Below, piece by piece: positions 23,552 to 24,830 of a DNA stretch of 24,830 nt (position 1 is the first letter of the stretch; the number at the start of each line of letters is the position of its first letter). The translations under genes were made by a program, and so were the position numbers. The notes under the pieces were generated by a model. It saw nothing but the letters and a program-made list of their open reading frames with translations, searched no databases and was not told the origin of the DNA. The stretch comes from Candidatus Omnitrophota bacterium (GTDB taxonomy: Bacteria > Omnitrophota > 4484-213), in the NCBI GenBank assembly GCA_030639955.1, contig DAOWKH010000045.1:1-24830 (forward strand), in the 5' to 3' direction.

Positions 23552-23962
23552 TTAAGGACAACCGTCTTTGGTTAGCTCGCCTGTCTCATCTATATTTGGT
23601 TTACAATCATCTTTATATCTTCCGCTATTTCTTGTTGCTGTACAGTCAAATGTTGTTGCCGGAGTGCCAGTAGTAGTGCACTTATAATCTTTAAAATATT
23701 GTGCGGTCATTTCTACCTCTAAAATGGTATTGCAACCTCCAGCATCATTAAGAGCGCCACTGCAATCTATATACCCCGTAGTCGGATGGTCCAATTTATA
23801 CATCTTCTCAGCCATATACATTATGTATAGATTTGCCTCGGCTTCGCGCATCTTTCCTTTTTCTATGGTCTTGGTGTATTGGGGAATACCAATACCAGCC
23901 AGGATACCCAAAATAATAATTGTTACCAACAGCTCCACTAAAGTAAACCCCGTTTTTTTCAT
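23552..23962 (-). CDS. Type IV pilin / pseudopilin (N-methyl-Phe type)
   Basis: MKKTG|FTLVELLVTIIILGILAGIGIPQY, Cys-rich C-terminus. Start at ATG 23962 (SD GGAGG, ATGA overlap with the GT9 stop). Confidence 0.9.
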   Translation of the reverse strand: MKKTGFTLVELLVTIIILGILAGIGIPQYTKTIEKGKMREAEANLYIMYMAEKMYKLDHPTTGYIDCSGALNDAGGCNTILEVEMTAQYFKDYKCTTTGTPATTFDCTATRNSGRYKDDCKPNIDETGELTKDGCP

Positions 23963-24830
23963 TTCGCCTCCGTTTTTGCTGCCTGCAATACCTCCTCCAC
24001 ACTTATTCTCCGTAGGCACTCAAACCCCTTCTGGCAATTATGCGCCAGGCAGGGCGAACAATCGGGCGGATTGTGCAGAACAATATCATCTTTGCCGCGT
24101 GGGCCCCAGCGCTTCGGGCTCAGTCCGGGAAGGTTTCGGCCAAAGATTACCAGGCATCTTAAACCTACGGCAGTAGCAAGATGCACCGGTCCACTGTCAG
24201 TAGAGATAAGCAAAGAACATCTTTTAAATAAAGCCGCTAACTGCCCTAAATTGAGTTTACCGGTTAGATTAACAACCGGAACCTGCATCAATCTCTCCAT
24301 TGTCTGACCCAATTTTTCTTCTTCCTTACTCCCTACAATTATAATTTTTACCCTGTTAAATCCAGCGGTGTTCGGTGTTCGGTGTTCGGTGTTCGGCCGA
24401 TAACCGATAACCGATAACCGATAACCGAGTTTCGCAAACCTCTCTATCGGCCATCTCTTGGAAGGGCAACTGCTCCCGGGATGAATAGCAATCAACCGCT
24501 CCCCATCAACAAAATCCTCGTCTTCTTTCTTCACAAAAATAGAAAAATTTTTATCCTTTGTATCTGCCCCGATAGCCCGCACTAGATCTAAATTATATTC
24601 CAACTCGTGTTTTTCGCCTTTATATTTCTCGTCCTTTATTGCCTGATTCAGCAAAAATCCCCATTTGCGTTGATAACCTAAGCGATAAGTAATTCCGGCC
24701 AAAAAGGCAATTATATTCGACCTCTTTTTCGGATTTAAAACAACAGCTAAATCAAATTTCTTTTTCCTCAAATGGACAATAAATTTTAGCGTTCCCCAGA
24801 AACCGCTATCCTTTTTTTTATCATAAGTAA
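23959..24830 (-). CDS. Glycosyltransferase family 9 (LPS heptosyltransferase RfaF/WaaF-like), 5' end beyond the right edge
   Basis: FDLAVVL, HPGSSCPSKRWP, NLTGKLNLGQLAAL, ISTDSGPVHLATA, C-terminal CSPC...C. Frame stays open to base 24830. Confidence 0.88.
   Translation of the reverse strand, partial: TYDKKKDSGFWGTLKFIVHLRKKKFDLAVVLNPKKRSNIIAFLAGITYRLGYQRKWGFLLNQAIKDEKYKGEKHELEYNLDLVRAIGADTKDKNFSIFVKKEDEDFVDGERLIAIHPGSSCPSKRWPIERFAKLGYRLSVIGYRPNTEHRTPNTAGFNRVKIIIVGSKEEEKLGQTMERLMQVPVVNLTGKLNLGQLAALFKRCSLLISTDSGPVHLATAVGLRCLVIFGRNLPGLSPKRWGPRGKDDIVLHNPPDCSPCLAHNCQKGFECLRRISVEEVLQAAKTEAK
24366..24428. repeat. Back-to-back heptamer arrays (cggtgtt)x4 and (ccgataa)x4, in frame within the GT9
   Basis: Encodes GYRLSVIGYRPNTEHRTPNT; the arrays are imperfectly complementary (cgg/ccg pairs every 7 nt). 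Confidence 0.93.

Noticed and set aside
23808-24002. 64-aa minus-strand ORF and the 19-aa extension of the pilin ORF to 24019
   Set aside because: Out-of-frame overlaps with the pilin and GT9; ATG 23962 has the SD and a canonical leader.
640-24307. All plus-strand ORFs in the track
   Set aside because: Each is an antisense shadow of a well-supported minus-strand gene or repeat and has no recognisable motif.
1-24830. Prophage, integron, IS or defence island
   Set aside because: No integrase, transposase, phage or defence gene is recognisable; gene content is core housekeeping.

Overview
A mostly housekeeping stretch of a diderm (Gram-negative) bacterial chromosome, with every supportable gene on the minus strand. 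Order in transcription direction (right to left): GT9 heptosyltransferase (partial), a GFTLVEL-type pilin, two Flp-type pilins, yebC, accA, dnaJ, recA, leuD, leuB, asd, truA, a lipoprotein, an outer-membrane beta-barrel, lepA, lepB, pgsA, der, tadB, tadC, tRNA-Leu(TAG), folC, mnmE, folE, fchA, folD, a 547-aa secreted orphan, secD (partial). The gene style suggests an Omnitrophota/PVC-like organism; this is inference only. The unusual layer is small-scale. The window carries several families of short structured repeats: inverted arrays of 7-nt units, YGTCC-tagged REP-like hairpins, a three-way-junction element with a fixed outer stem but different inner arms, and a 49-nt leader shared by secD and the porin. 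These occur between genes, nested inside one another, and in frame inside folD, fchA, asd, truA (twice), yebC, the GT9, a lipoprotein signal peptide and a pilin leader. No transposase or other mobilising enzyme is encoded in the window. Separately, FolD appears to lack its cyclohydrolase residues and sits beside an FchA-family cyclohydrolase.
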